A stretch of DNA of 64,000 nucleotides from Thermoanaerobaculia bacterium (lineage in GTDB: Bacteria > Acidobacteriota > Thermoanaerobaculia > Multivoradales > Multivoraceae), in the NCBI GenBank assembly GCA_963664405.1, contig OY761158.1, forward strand, positions 3,488,001-3,552,000, written 5' to 3'. The translations under genes were made by a program, and so were the position numbers. This document shows, piece after piece, positions 9,208-18,019 of this stretch. Numbering within the stretch: position 1 is the stretch's first letter; every line of letters begins with the position of its first letter. Under the pieces are notes generated by a model, which worked only from the letters and a program-made list of their open reading frames with translations, did not search any database and was not told the DNA's origin.

Positions 9208-9471
9208 GTGAGAGGTGAAAACCTGAACGGTCAATTGACCCGCTTGGTGAGCGAGTTAGTGGACCGTGGTCTAACCCTAGAGCAGGCGCGAAAAGAGTTC
9301 GAGAAGCAGTTCATTTTGGCTTCCCTGAGAAAGAGCGAGGGGAGCTTTTCTCGCTCCGCGAAGTACTTGGGGGTGCACCGCAATACCCTGCGCAACAAGC
9401 TGTCGACGCTGGGGATCTCATCCTCGGAATGCGCCGACGCGCGCCCTTCGAAGCGTCCGAGGAGGATTTAG
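9208..9471 (+). CDS. Small Fis-type helix-turn-helix protein (start may be CTG 9223)
   Basis: EFEKQFILASLRKSEGSFSRSAKYLGVHRNTLRNKL. Confidence 0.85.
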   Translation: MRGENLNGQLTRLVSELVDRGLTLEQARKEFEKQFILASLRKSEGSFSRSAKYLGVHRNTLRNKLSTLGISSSECADARPSKRPRRI

Positions 9472-9622
9472 GGGGCTCGCTCCCTCCGAGGAGGGTAGAG
9501 GGGTGGGTACCCGTCCCCTCCGCTCGCCTGCTGATGGCGCCTAGGACGGCTTGTGGGATGGTAGAAAGGGGGTATGGCGCCCCCCCCTCGCTTTGCTTGC
9601 CCTTGGCGCTTAAGACGGGCCC

Positions 9623-9853
9623 TCAGGAGGGTGACGTTGGGTCTGCCGCCTTTTCCGTTTGAACCTCGTTGAGGGCGGCGTCTTCCTCCGCCTTGATGCC
9701 GCTCTTGAAGTTCTTGATTCCCTCTCCAAGTCCCTTTCCGAGCGCAGGAAGCTTTGAAGCACCGAATACGACGACGAGGATGAGGAGAATCACCAAGAGC
9801 TCTTGCAGCCCCAAGGGGCCGATGAGCAGGGGGAACACATTCAGTAGAGTCAT
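9623..9853 (-). CDS. tatA: Twin-arginine translocase TatA/TatE
   Basis: GLQELLVILLILVVVFGASKLPALGKGLGEGIKNFK. Confidence 0.93.
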   Translation of the reverse strand: MTLLNVFPLLIGPLGLQELLVILLILVVVFGASKLPALGKGLGEGIKNFKSGIKAEEDAALNEVQTEKAADPTSPS

Positions 9854-9886
9854 ATCAAGCTCCTATTCTCAGCATCGGTGGGTACT

Positions 9887-10864
9887 CTACCAGACTGCGG
9901 TGCTGTCGATCGCCGGTTTCCAAAGCGCCCTCAGATCTGAGACAAGGGCCTCCGTTTCGGGCAGTCCAGCGAGCTGCCCGAGACTGCGCTCGAGACACTC
10001 ACCAACCATGGGCAGGTATCGCGGCTGACCCCTTTTTGCGAAGGAAACGAAGGTGCCGACGATTTTCAGGGCTCGCTGCGCCGCGCAACGCCGGTACTGG
10101 AGGCTCGAGACCAGCTCCCGCCCGAATAGATCTTCGGTCTTCTCAGCGTCGAGGAAGAGACTGTCGTTGGCGAGTGATGCCAAGTCGTAAAGCGGAGGGC
10201 CGAGCCTCAAGTCTTGATGATCGAGAACAATCACTTCTTTCAACGTGACGTCGGGCACCAGATTGCGAACCATGAAGTCCCGATGACAGGGGACCATTGG
10301 CTCTAGGTCGAGCTGGGAGCAGAGATCTTGGAGACCCTTGTAGAGGCGCCCACTCAGCGGCTTGTTGCCACATAGCCCCGTCGGCCGGAGGAAATTCCTC
10401 CAGGTGCTCTCCAACTCTCGCCACAAGGTGGCACCGTCGAGTGGAGGGGCCGGAAGCTCTGCCGCATCGCACGAGAGGAGGGCGATGCTTGTCGCGGCTC
10501 GCCGGCTTGCCTCGATGAAGGGCTCAATCGCTTGCCACGAGTCACTACGCCAGTCGAAGAGTGTCTCCGCGCCCACGTCCTCCAGCAGCATCAGACCAGC
10601 TCCCTCGTCGCTGTCCAAGATCTCAGGAACGCGGACGCCGGCTTCATGAAGGAGGCGGGTGGATTTGAGGAAGCTCGTGAAGGCCACATTGAGAGTGGGC
10701 GGATAGAAAGCGAGGATGGCGGAGCCTTCTTTGAGCGAGACGCGGAGGTAGCGGCGAGGAGATACGTCACCTGTGAGAGCGGCAATTGTCTTGGGCTCGC
10801 GACCTCTCTCGAAGAGCCAGAGAGAGAGCTCGTCATGCCTCGGGATGTCTCGCTCTTCTGCCAT
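9887..10864 (-). CDS. APH-family phosphotransferase, AmgK-like (anomeric MurNAc/GlcNAc kinase)
   Basis: GDVSPRRYLR, LLEDVG, CHRDFMVRNL, LDHQDLRLGP.YDLASL, QRALKIVGTF. Confidence 0.8.
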   Translation of the reverse strand: MAEERDIPRHDELSLWLFERGREPKTIAALTGDVSPRRYLRVSLKEGSAILAFYPPTLNVAFTSFLKSTRLLHEAGVRVPEILDSDEGAGLMLLEDVGAETLFDWRSDSWQAIEPFIEASRRAATSIALLSCDAAELPAPPLDGATLWRELESTWRNFLRPTGLCGNKPLSGRLYKGLQDLCSQLDLEPMVPCHRDFMVRNLVPDVTLKEVIVLDHQDLRLGPPLYDLASLANDSLFLDAEKTEDLFGRELVSSLQYRRCAAQRALKIVGTFVSFAKRGQPRYLPMVGECLERSLGQLAGLPETEALVSDLRALWKPAIDSTAVW

Positions 10865-10892
10865 TGACACCCTAGCTTAGCCCGCATAATCT
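10864..10892 (+). promoter_or_regulatory. Sigma70-type promoter overlapping the start of the divergent kinase gene
   Basis: TTGACA-N17-TAATCT. Confidence 0.55.
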
Positions 10893-10923
10893 GCCTCGTG
10901 ATCGTTATTGAGGAAGGTGCCGT

Positions 10924-11247
10924 CTGGAAGAGAAACTAGAGCGTCTGCTGCAGGACTTGGGCGAGGCCTTGGTCGAGGCTATCTCGGACTCGTCTGAGAT
11001 CAACGACGGCCTACGCGACTTGCAGCAGGCGGGCTATTCGCTCTACCTGGTGGTGGATTGCAAGAGCACGCGCAAGCCGAAAGCCAGCCGAGACGAACAA
11101 GTCAAAAAGGCGGTGGCGGAAGCCGAAGCGCGGTGCGAGCGGCCACCCGTTTTCAGGATCGATGGCAAAGACCTTCTGTTCCTGCGGTCTATCGGTATCG
11201 ATCCTACGCGGCGCAGCCGGAGTCGTCGCCCCAGCTTGGAGAGCTAG
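10924..11247 (+). CDS. Small hypothetical protein (probable CTG start 10924, or TTG 10957)
   Basis: LEEKLERLLQDLGEALVEAIS...DLLFLRSIGIDP; GAGGAAGG upstream; followed by a hairpin. Confidence 0.6.
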   Translation: MEEKLERLLQDLGEALVEAISDSSEINDGLRDLQQAGYSLYLVVDCKSTRKPKASRDEQVKKAVAEAEARCERPPVFRIDGKDLLFLRSIGIDPTRRSRSRRPSLES

Positions 11248-11297
11248 GAGCGTGTCCGAGAATTCGGACAGGCGAGTAGTTCTTAGGGGGGGATGGG

Positions 11298-11328
11298 CCG
11301 GAGAACGGGCCGCAGGCCCGTTTTCCGG
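11298..11328. terminator. GC-rich hairpin between convergent genes
   Basis: CCGGAGAACGGGCC-GCA-GGCCCGTTTTCCGG. Confidence 0.55.
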
Positions 11329-11380
11329 GGCTAGCATCGCAGTGGTCTTGGCCACAGGCTCGAGCCGCGGGGCGCTCCGC

Positions 11381-12118
11381 TCAGGCGTCGACCAGCCAGA
11401 CGAAGGCGAGGTTCCTGCCCGCCTTGGGCCCCTCCCGCCGGTAGCTCCACAGGCGAGCCGCCTCGCAGCGAGTACACTCCTCGACAGATGCGAAGGGGAC
11501 CGCGCGGGTCCCGTCGAGCTGGTGCCGCACGGCCATTGCAAGATCCAGGTGTGGGCGGGCGCCCTCCCCGCGGTCCCGAATCACCTCGGCTCTCCCTGTC
11601 GCCGCCGCGACACTCGAGGCGACATCCTCGCCAACTTCATAACAGCAGCCACCGATGGCGGGCCCGAGGACGGCGTGTGCCTGGGATCGTGTGCGCCAGA
11701 CCTTCGCTGCTTCGGCGATGATTCGAGCCTGAATCCCACGCCAACCAGCGTGAATAGCGGCGATCCTATCGTCGGAAAGTAGCAGCACCGGCACGCAATC
11801 GGCCGTCACAATCCGAAGCGCCAAGCCGGCCTCGCTGGTGATCAGGGCATCTCCATCGCCGCAGTCCCCGGCCTGGGCCTCGACCACTCTGTTCGAGTGC
11901 CGCTGGGTGAGTCGTGCGACCCTCAACCCTTCTTTCGCCAACTCCTCGAGGATCTCCCTCTCGCCGCTGGTCGTAGGCCTTCCATAAAAGCGGAATCTGG
12001 CCCGACCCAGGGCCCCTTGCCACGACCAGTGGCCCGCGTGAATCGAGGCTTCGAGGCGAGGCCACACGAGCGAGGTCGATAGCTTGCCCTCTCCGGCATT
12101 CTGTGGGGGAAGCGTCAT
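11381..12118 (-). CDS. pgeF: YfiH/PgeF laccase-domain protein
   Basis: QRHSNRV, GDALIT, TADCVPVLL, IHAGWRG, GPAIGGCCYEVG, WSYRR. Confidence 0.9.
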   Translation of the reverse strand: MTLPPQNAGEGKLSTSLVWPRLEASIHAGHWSWQGALGRARFRFYGRPTTSGEREILEELAKEGLRVARLTQRHSNRVVEAQAGDCGDGDALITSEAGLALRIVTADCVPVLLLSDDRIAAIHAGWRGIQARIIAEAAKVWRTRSQAHAVLGPAIGGCCYEVGEDVASSVAAATGRAEVIRDRGEGARPHLDLAMAVRHQLDGTRAVPFASVEECTRCEAARLWSYRREGPKAGRNLAFVWLVDA

Positions 12119-12183
12119 TGACTCGGGTAGACTACTAAGGTGATTCGAGGACTCGCCGTGATCAATCTTGGACGCACCGCGCG

Positions 12184-13632
12184 ATGAGCTTTGAAGCCGT
12201 AATCGGATTGGAAGTCCATGTCCATCTGAAGACTCGGACGAAGATTTTTTGTCGCTGTCTCAATCGTTTTGGGTGTGGCCCCAATACGCTCATCTGCCCA
12301 GTCTGCGTAGGGTACCCCGGTTCTCTTCCGGTGCTCAATCGAGAGGCGGTGAACCTGGCGATTCACCTCTCGCTTGCTCTCGGTTGCGAAGTTCACAGCA
12401 CCTCCGTCTTTGCTCGCAAGAACTATTTCTACGCCGACCTCCCGAAGGGATATCAAATCAGCCAGTTCGATCGGCCGTTGGCCGAGGGAGGGTCTCTCCC
12501 TCTGTCGCAGTCGGACAAGCGGGTCCGAATCCATCGGCTGCATCTCGAAGAGGATGCGGGAAAGCTCTTGCATGAGACTCCAGGGGGCGGGGCACTTCCA
12601 GGACAGAGCCTTGTCGATTTCAACCGTTGCGGAGTTCCTCTGGTCGAGATCGTGTCGGAGCCCGATATGTCCTCCGCCTCCGAGGCGCAGGACTATCTTC
12701 AGACGATGCACCAAGTGCTGCTCTACACTGGCACCAGCGACGGCAATATGGAAGAGGGCAGCATGAGATGTGATGCGAACATCTCGATCCGGCCGGTCGG
12801 CACGAGCACCCTCGGAACCAAAGTGGAGGTCAAGAACCTGAACTCCTTCCGCAACCTGGCGAAGGCGGTGGACTACGAGATCGAAAGGCAAACGGGCCGT
12901 GTCGAGTCTGGGCACAAAGTGGTGCAGGAGACTCGTTCCTTCGACGCCGCCCTCGGGGTCACTCGCCCCATGCGCTCGAAGGAGGAGGCCCACGATTACC
13001 GCTACTTTCCCGAGCCGGACCTTCCTCCGCTGGTCCTCTCCGAGGAGCGAATCGACCATGCGCGGGGCACCCTGTCGGAGCTTCCCTGGGAGCGCCTCAC
13101 TAGATTCTGCACCCAGTACTCGCTCTCTCGCGAGGATGCTCGACTTCTCACCACGACACCTGAGCTCGCGACCTATTTCGAGGCAGCCGTCGCGCACTAC
13201 TCCGCCAACCCGAAAGGCGTGGCGAACTGGGTGATGACCGAGGTTTTGCGCGAGCTCAAGTCGTATCGCGGCGCGATCGACGAGGCCCTCTCGCCGGAGC
13301 GATTGGCGACCTTGGTGAAGCTTGTGGACAAAGGAGGACTTTCAGGGCGCGGAGCCAAAGAAGTCTTTGCTGCAATCTGGGGTACCGAGGAGTCGCCCGA
13401 GGCCGCAACCGAGCGGCTGGGCCTGGCCCAGGTGCGAGATTCCGGAGAGATCGGCAACTGGGTGAAGGAGGTACTCGCCGAGCACCCGGGTCCTGTCGAC
13501 CAGTATCTCGAAGGGAAGACGAAGGCGATGGGTTTTCTTGTCGGCCAGGTGATGAAACGTTCATCCGGCCGCGCCGACCCGCGTCAGGCACAGGACCAGT
13601 TGCGTCGTTCGCTCGAGCAGATGCAAGCGTAA
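12184..13632 (+). CDS. gatB: Asp/Glu-tRNA amidotransferase subunit B
   Basis: VIGLEVHVHL, RKNYFYADLPKGYQISQ, HLEEDAGK, RSKEEAHDYRYFPEPDL. Confidence 0.97.
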   Translation: MSFEAVIGLEVHVHLKTRTKIFCRCLNRFGCGPNTLICPVCVGYPGSLPVLNREAVNLAIHLSLALGCEVHSTSVFARKNYFYADLPKGYQISQFDRPLAEGGSLPLSQSDKRVRIHRLHLEEDAGKLLHETPGGGALPGQSLVDFNRCGVPLVEIVSEPDMSSASEAQDYLQTMHQVLLYTGTSDGNMEEGSMRCDANISIRPVGTSTLGTKVEVKNLNSFRNLAKAVDYEIERQTGRVESGHKVVQETRSFDAALGVTRPMRSKEEAHDYRYFPEPDLPPLVLSEERIDHARGTLSELPWERLTRFCTQYSLSREDARLLTTTPELATYFEAAVAHYSANPKGVANWVMTEVLRELKSYRGAIDEALSPERLATLVKLVDKGGLSGRGAKEVFAAIWGTEESPEAATERLGLAQVRDSGEIGNWVKEVLAEHPGPVDQYLEGKTKAMGFLVGQVMKRSSGRADPRQAQDQLRRSLEQMQA

Positions 13633-13665
13633 AGGGTCCGTTCTTTTTCGAGCCGGTGGCTCAGC

Positions 13666-14373
13666 TTGATCCAGTTCTTCAACGTCACCAAGAAGTTCCC
13701 TTCGGGACCGACTGCGTTAGCCGACGTCTCTTTCAAGATCGACCGCGGCGAGTTCGTCTTCCTCACCGGTCCCAGTGGCGCCGGAAAGACGACTCTGCTC
13801 AAGCTCATCTATCGTGAGGAGCTACCCGACTCCGGCCAGATCTTGGTCACCGGACGCAACGTCATCTCACTACCCCGTCGAAAGGTGCCCTATCTGAGGC
13901 GGTCGATCGGCGTCGTGTTCCAGAGCTTCCGTCTCATCTCGCGCAAGACGGTGTTCGAAAACGTTGCCTATCTGCCCAGGATTCTCGGTATGTCGCGCGA
14001 TGAGCAGCAACGAATGTGCGAGAGGGCGTTGCGTCGAGTGGGCCTCGCTCACCGTCTCAACGCGTTTCCAAAGCAGCTCTCCGGGGGCGAGCAGCAACGC
14101 GTCACGCTGGCTCGCTCGTTGGTTTGCGAGCCCCGAATCCTGCTTGCCGACGAGCCGACGGGGAATCTCGACCCTGAGCTGTCGGAGGAGATCCTCGAGC
14201 TCTTCCAGGAGATCCACTCCCAGGGCACAACGGTGATCCTGGCGACCCACGATAGACGTATCTTGGAGACGATTGGAGGGCGGGTCCTGCTTCTCCATCG
14301 GGGGCGTCTGGCGGCGGACGGTGTTCGTGCTGCCAAGCGGGGCTCCGAGGAGCTCGGGGTGGAAGAATCTTGA
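13666..14373 (+). CDS. ftsE: Cell division ABC ATPase FtsE
   Basis: GEFVFLTGPSGAGKTT, VPYLRRSIGVVFQ, LSGGEQQRV, LLADEPTGNLD; upstream of ftsX. Confidence 0.92.
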   Translation: MIQFFNVTKKFPSGPTALADVSFKIDRGEFVFLTGPSGAGKTTLLKLIYREELPDSGQILVTGRNVISLPRRKVPYLRRSIGVVFQSFRLISRKTVFENVAYLPRILGMSRDEQQRMCERALRRVGLAHRLNAFPKQLSGGEQQRVTLARSLVCEPRILLADEPTGNLDPELSEEILELFQEIHSQGTTVILATHDRRILETIGGRVLLLHRGRLAADGVRAAKRGSEELGVEES

Positions 14374-14629
14374 CGCTGCTGAAGGCTCTGGGCTACTTCT
14401 CCGCGGAGGCTTGGCAGAGCCTGGTGCGGAGCTGGAAGGTCAGCTTGGTGGCGGTGCTGACGATCGGTGTGAGTCTCTTCCTCACCGGCGGCTTTCTCGT
14501 CACGCTGCGGAATCTGTCGACCGCCGTTGCGGGCTGGCAACAAGAGGTTGCTGTGGTCGTCTACATGCCCGCGGAAGTCAACCCGACAGATGTCGAAGAT
14601 CTGCGATTCGTCTTGGACGCGCCTCCATG
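14370..14629 (+). pseudogene. ftsX: FtsX, 5' part (interrupted by IS21)
   Basis: YFSAEAWQSLVRS...TM1...VVVYM; breaks at DAPP|. Confidence 0.88.
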
Positions 14630-14638
14630 TGTTACCGG

Positions 14639-14995
14639 CTACGAGAAAGCGCACTTAGTTGGCTGCGAGTCGGTTTTTTGTCCCCGCGAGGCGTGACTCA
14701 GGGTGTGGCGCAGATAGTCGAGGTACCCCTCGGGGGGTGGCGTCGTGGGGAGTTCTCGGAGGATGGGGAGAAAGTAGGCGAGGGATCGGATGGGCTGGAG
14801 CTTTGGTAGGCGCGGATCTCGGCATGCGCGTCGGGCGGAGCCGAGGAGGAGGGCGGCCTGGAGGACGGTGAGAGGCAGGTCTTGGTCGAAGAGCTGGTCG
14901 ACGATGACGCGGTCGCCGTGGTGGAAGCGGTGCGGGGTGTCGGGAAGGAGTCGATAGAGGCGGAGGAGCTGGCGCCGATAGTGGCTTCGGGTCAT
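14639..14995 (-). CDS. IS21 accessory hypothetical protein downstream of istB
   Basis: ATGA overlap with the istB stop; 118 aa; its stop lies inside the terminal IR. Confidence 0.7.
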   Translation of the reverse strand: MTRSHYRRQLLRLYRLLPDTPHRFHHGDRVIVDQLFDQDLPLTVLQAALLLGSARRACRDPRLPKLQPIRSLAYFLPILRELPTTPPPEGYLDYLRHTLSHASRGQKTDSQPTKCAFS

Positions 14996-15786
14996 GAGCG
15001 TCGTCGTGCTGCGCTCCGCCTTTTGGCGCGGTCCTTGGCCTTTTTTTCAGCAGCCTCCTTGGCCTCCTTGCGGCGATAGGAGTTAGCCTCGATCTTGACG
15101 ATCTCGGCGTGGTGGGTGAGTCGATCGACGAGAGTGACGACGCAGGAGGCGTTGGGAAAGACCTCGGCCCATTCGGCGAAGGGCTTGTTGGTGGTGAGAA
15201 GAATGGGCTTGTTGCCGTATCTCCTGGAGACGACCTCGAAGAGGAGATCCGCGTGGCGGTGGTCGTAGGAGAGATAGCCGAGCTCATCGATTGCCAAAAG
15301 CGAGGGTCGGGTGTATTTGGAGAGCCTTCTCTGGAGCGCCGAGGGGGTTTCCTGGACGGCGAGATCGTTGAGCATGTCGGAGGCGGTGACGAAGCTGGCG
15401 GTGGCCCCTCGTTGCAGCGCCTGGTAGAGGAGGTTCTTGGCAATCATGGTCTTGCCGACACCGTTGGGTCCGAGGAGGATGACGTTGGTGATGTCGTCGA
15501 GGAATTGGAGGGTGAGCAGATCCTGGATCTGCTCGCGGTCGATGCGCTGGGGCCAGGAGAAGTCGAAGTCGGCGATGCTCTTGAAGAGCCCGACGCGGCT
15601 GGTGCGGATGCGCCGTTCGAGGCTGCGCCGTTTGCGCTCGGCCTCTTCTTTGCGCAGCAGCTGTTCGAGCCAGGGCTGTTCTCGGTAGGTGCCCCAGTCG
15701 TCGACGAGGGCGTAGAAGCCGAGGGATCGGGCGAGCTCTCGTAGTGGTTCGTCAGGGATCGTTGGACTCTTCCTGGGTCGGGCCAT
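14992..15786 (-). CDS. istB: IS21 helper ATPase IstB
   Basis: Walker A GPNGVGKT, LLAIDELGY, TTNKPFAEW, VDRLTHHA; GGAGG RBS before ATG 15786. Confidence 0.96.
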   Translation of the reverse strand: MARPRKSPTIPDEPLRELARSLGFYALVDDWGTYREQPWLEQLLRKEEAERKRRSLERRIRTSRVGLFKSIADFDFSWPQRIDREQIQDLLTLQFLDDITNVILLGPNGVGKTMIAKNLLYQALQRGATASFVTASDMLNDLAVQETPSALQRRLSKYTRPSLLAIDELGYLSYDHRHADLLFEVVSRRYGNKPILLTTNKPFAEWAEVFPNASCVVTLVDRLTHHAEIVKIEANSYRRKEAKEAAEKKAKDRAKRRSAARRRS

Positions 15787-17260
15787 CGTCGTTGCCTCCA
15801 AGTTGGTCGTAGTCCTCGAGGTTGTGCGGTCTCACGGAGAGATCTCGCTGTTGGAGCTCCTGGCTGAGCGGCACCGGTAAAGCCGGGGGCTGACCGAGGC
15901 CGCGCTGGTGCCGTTCGAGTAGGAGCCGGACGGACTGGAATCGCGGTGCGTGGTTCAGGAGCGCTTCGCGCACGGCTTTGTCGAGTCGCTGGGGGCCGTA
16001 CTGGCGCAGGAGTCGGAGCAGGCCGGCGGTCTGCGTTCCGAGGTTCTCGCCTCGCTCGGCGAGCTGCTGCATCAGCTCTTCGCATCGAGGCACAGCGGAA
16101 AACAGCCGATGGAAGCCCCGGTGTCGTCGGGCCCTGCGTTTGTGAGCGAGGAGCTCCTCGAGGTGTTGAGGATCGAGGATCTGCTCGCCCCGGGAGTACG
16201 AGCGAGGGTGCTCGGCGAGGAGCTCCTGGCCATCGAGGATCCGCACCCGATGCTCGCTGGCGAGGAGCGTGACGGTCCTCTGCACATGACTGTGCGGCAC
16301 CGAGTAGTCGTTGAGGTCGAAGCGCACGATCGGCGTCTTTCTGACCTTGATCTCCAGTCGCAGGTCGGTTTCGAAGTCGTCTCCGGGAAGCTCAAGCAGT
16401 CGAGGTCGTTCCTGGGCCAGGGCGCTTTTCACGGTTCGCTGTCGGTCCTGCGGCCAGGGTCTGCGCTGCGACCTCTGGCACCATTCCAGGACCTGCCGAT
16501 TCAGACGATCCAAATCGCTCACCGTTCGGGCGCCGAAGAACGAGCTTCGCAGGAAGCGGATTGCGCGCTCGACGCGGCCTTTCTCATTTCCCCGAGCCAC
16601 CGCGGCGACGGTGGGAAGGAAGCCGTAGTGGCTGGCGAAATCGAGCAGCACGGGATGGAAGCGCACCGCGGTTCCCTGCCGCTCGATCACCGCGGTTCGC
16701 AGGTTGTCGTACAGAACGGTCCTGACGACGCCGTCGACGTAGTGGAAGGCCAGCTGGTGAGCGTGCAAGAAGGTTTCGAGACGAGTGTCGAGGGTGAAGT
16801 GCACGAAGACCGTGCGCGAGAACGACAGCACGAAGACGAAGGCATAGAGCCGACGATGTGCCCGGCCGACGCGGAGCCGACCGAAGTGGCCCCAGTCGAC
16901 CTGCGCCTGCTCTCCTGGCAGCATGCGCAGCGAGAGAAACGCCTCGCGCTGGGGCTTCGGTCGCATCGAGGCCACCAGGTGGCGAAACTGATCCGGGCCT
17001 CCTGGATAGCCGCGCTCCACCACCATGGTGTAGAGACGGCTCGCCGGCAGTCGTGGGTAGGTCCCGAGCACCTGCTCGATGAACGGCAGGTAAGGATCGA
17101 TCATCCTCCCTCGTCGCTGCTGGGGTAGCACGCCGGACTTCTCCAGCGCCCGGCGCACGGTTGAGGGGTGCAGCTGTAGCTGTCGAGCGATCGTGCCGAC
17201 TTTCCACTTCTCGACCAGGAACAGACGACGGATCTCCCCGCGCAGCTGTGCGTCGATCAC
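15752..17260 (-). CDS. istA: IS21 transposase IstA
   Basis: N-terminal HTH, PGEQAQVDWG, LYDNLRTAV, KGRVERAI, FDLNDYSVP; GTG start 17260 with GGAG. Confidence 0.95.
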   Translation of the reverse strand: MIDAQLRGEIRRLFLVEKWKVGTIARQLQLHPSTVRRALEKSGVLPQQRRGRMIDPYLPFIEQVLGTYPRLPASRLYTMVVERGYPGGPDQFRHLVASMRPKPQREAFLSLRMLPGEQAQVDWGHFGRLRVGRAHRRLYAFVFVLSFSRTVFVHFTLDTRLETFLHAHQLAFHYVDGVVRTVLYDNLRTAVIERQGTAVRFHPVLLDFASHYGFLPTVAAVARGNEKGRVERAIRFLRSSFFGARTVSDLDRLNRQVLEWCQRSQRRPWPQDRQRTVKSALAQERPRLLELPGDDFETDLRLEIKVRKTPIVRFDLNDYSVPHSHVQRTVTLLASEHRVRILDGQELLAEHPRSYSRGEQILDPQHLEELLAHKRRARRHRGFHRLFSAVPRCEELMQQLAERGENLGTQTAGLLRLLRQYGPQRLDKAVREALLNHAPRFQSVRLLLERHQRGLGQPPALPVPLSQELQQRDLSVRPHNLEDYDQLGGNDDGPTQEESNDP

Positions 17261-17264
17261 GCCC

Positions 17265-17660
17265 CTATCTCCGTCGGCAACGACGAAAGCTCGTTCGCAC
17301 AAACTCTCGGCAGGCCTCTCCACACTGCATGCATCGCGGATTCCTCGGGTCGTAGCGCACTTCGCGCCTCGGAGTCTCGATCCGACACAGTGTCCTCCCC
17401 GAAGTACCGCCTGGGGTACCCTGATGCGTCACTTTCTCTGCCCGCTCGCGCTGGCGCCGACGGTAGCGGGCCTGACGGGCGGCATGACAATGCCGACCTC
17501 GGAGGCTTCGCTGGTACCGATGGCCGGCCGCCCGAGTCGATTCCCGACGAGCCACCAGAGCACAAGCCCGGCAGTAACGCTGGCCACGGTCACAGTGCGA
17601 GCACAGCGAGATACGCCGACGGCATCGAGCACAGTCGAAGAGTCGGTAGTCCGGTCGCAT
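17265..17660 (-). CDS. Cys-rich, Arg-rich putative zinc-binding protein upstream of istA
   Basis: CxxC...CxxC...CxxC and a C-terminal CxxC; GGAGG RBS; ends 4 nt before istA. Confidence 0.75.
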   Translation of the reverse strand: MRPDYRLFDCARCRRRISLCSHCDRGQRYCRACALVARRESTRAAGHRYQRSLRGRHCHAARQARYRRRQRERAEKVTHQGTPGGTSGRTLCRIETPRREVRYDPRNPRCMQCGEACREFVRTSFRRCRRR

Positions 17661-18019
17661 CGTCGCCTCCCATTCGACGACGACCCCGACTCTCTGCCAT
17701 ACTGCAAGCGCAGCTAATGCTGCGGTTTGGGGCAGAGCCCGGGGCGTTTTCTACTTCGCTTTCCCGGGCTCTCGCCGTCTCTGGTCGGCCTGCTCTATCA
17801 GAGCAGAGCCCGCACTGCAAAGCCCTACACCGACTCACGCATCTCTTCCGACCGCAAACACGCCGCCGGGACCACGCACCCGGACCGCCGTTCCGGCGGG
17901 ATGATGCCGCCCTTCCTGAAGAAGGCCTAGCTTTCCCGCGGTCGCGAAGCCCTCAGCTCACTCCATCCCGGAAACTGCGCTCGCAGCCAACGGGATGCGC
18001 TTTCTCGCAGCCATCAACA

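Larger units (their letters stand above)
14630..18019 (-). mobile_element. IS21-family element, 3390 bp, four ORFs, 5-bp CCATG target duplication
   Basis: Ends TGTTACCGGCTACGAGAAAGCGCAC..TTGGCTGCGAG and revcomp TGTTGATGGCTGCGAGAAAGCGCAT..TTGGCTGCGAG; CCATG at 14625-14629 and 18020-18024. Confidence 0.95.

Noticed and set aside
9472-9622. Small RNA between the Fis-like gene and tatA
   Set aside because: The G/C-run hairpins are compatible with chance or with simple termination between convergent genes; no recognisable RNA family.
12115-13197. Long antisense ORFs (also 15950-17128, 21409-22254, 3800-4696, 62396-63544)
   Set aside because: Shadow frames opposite well-supported genes (gatB, istA, tonB, rpe/bamD, secretin), as expected in high-GC DNA.
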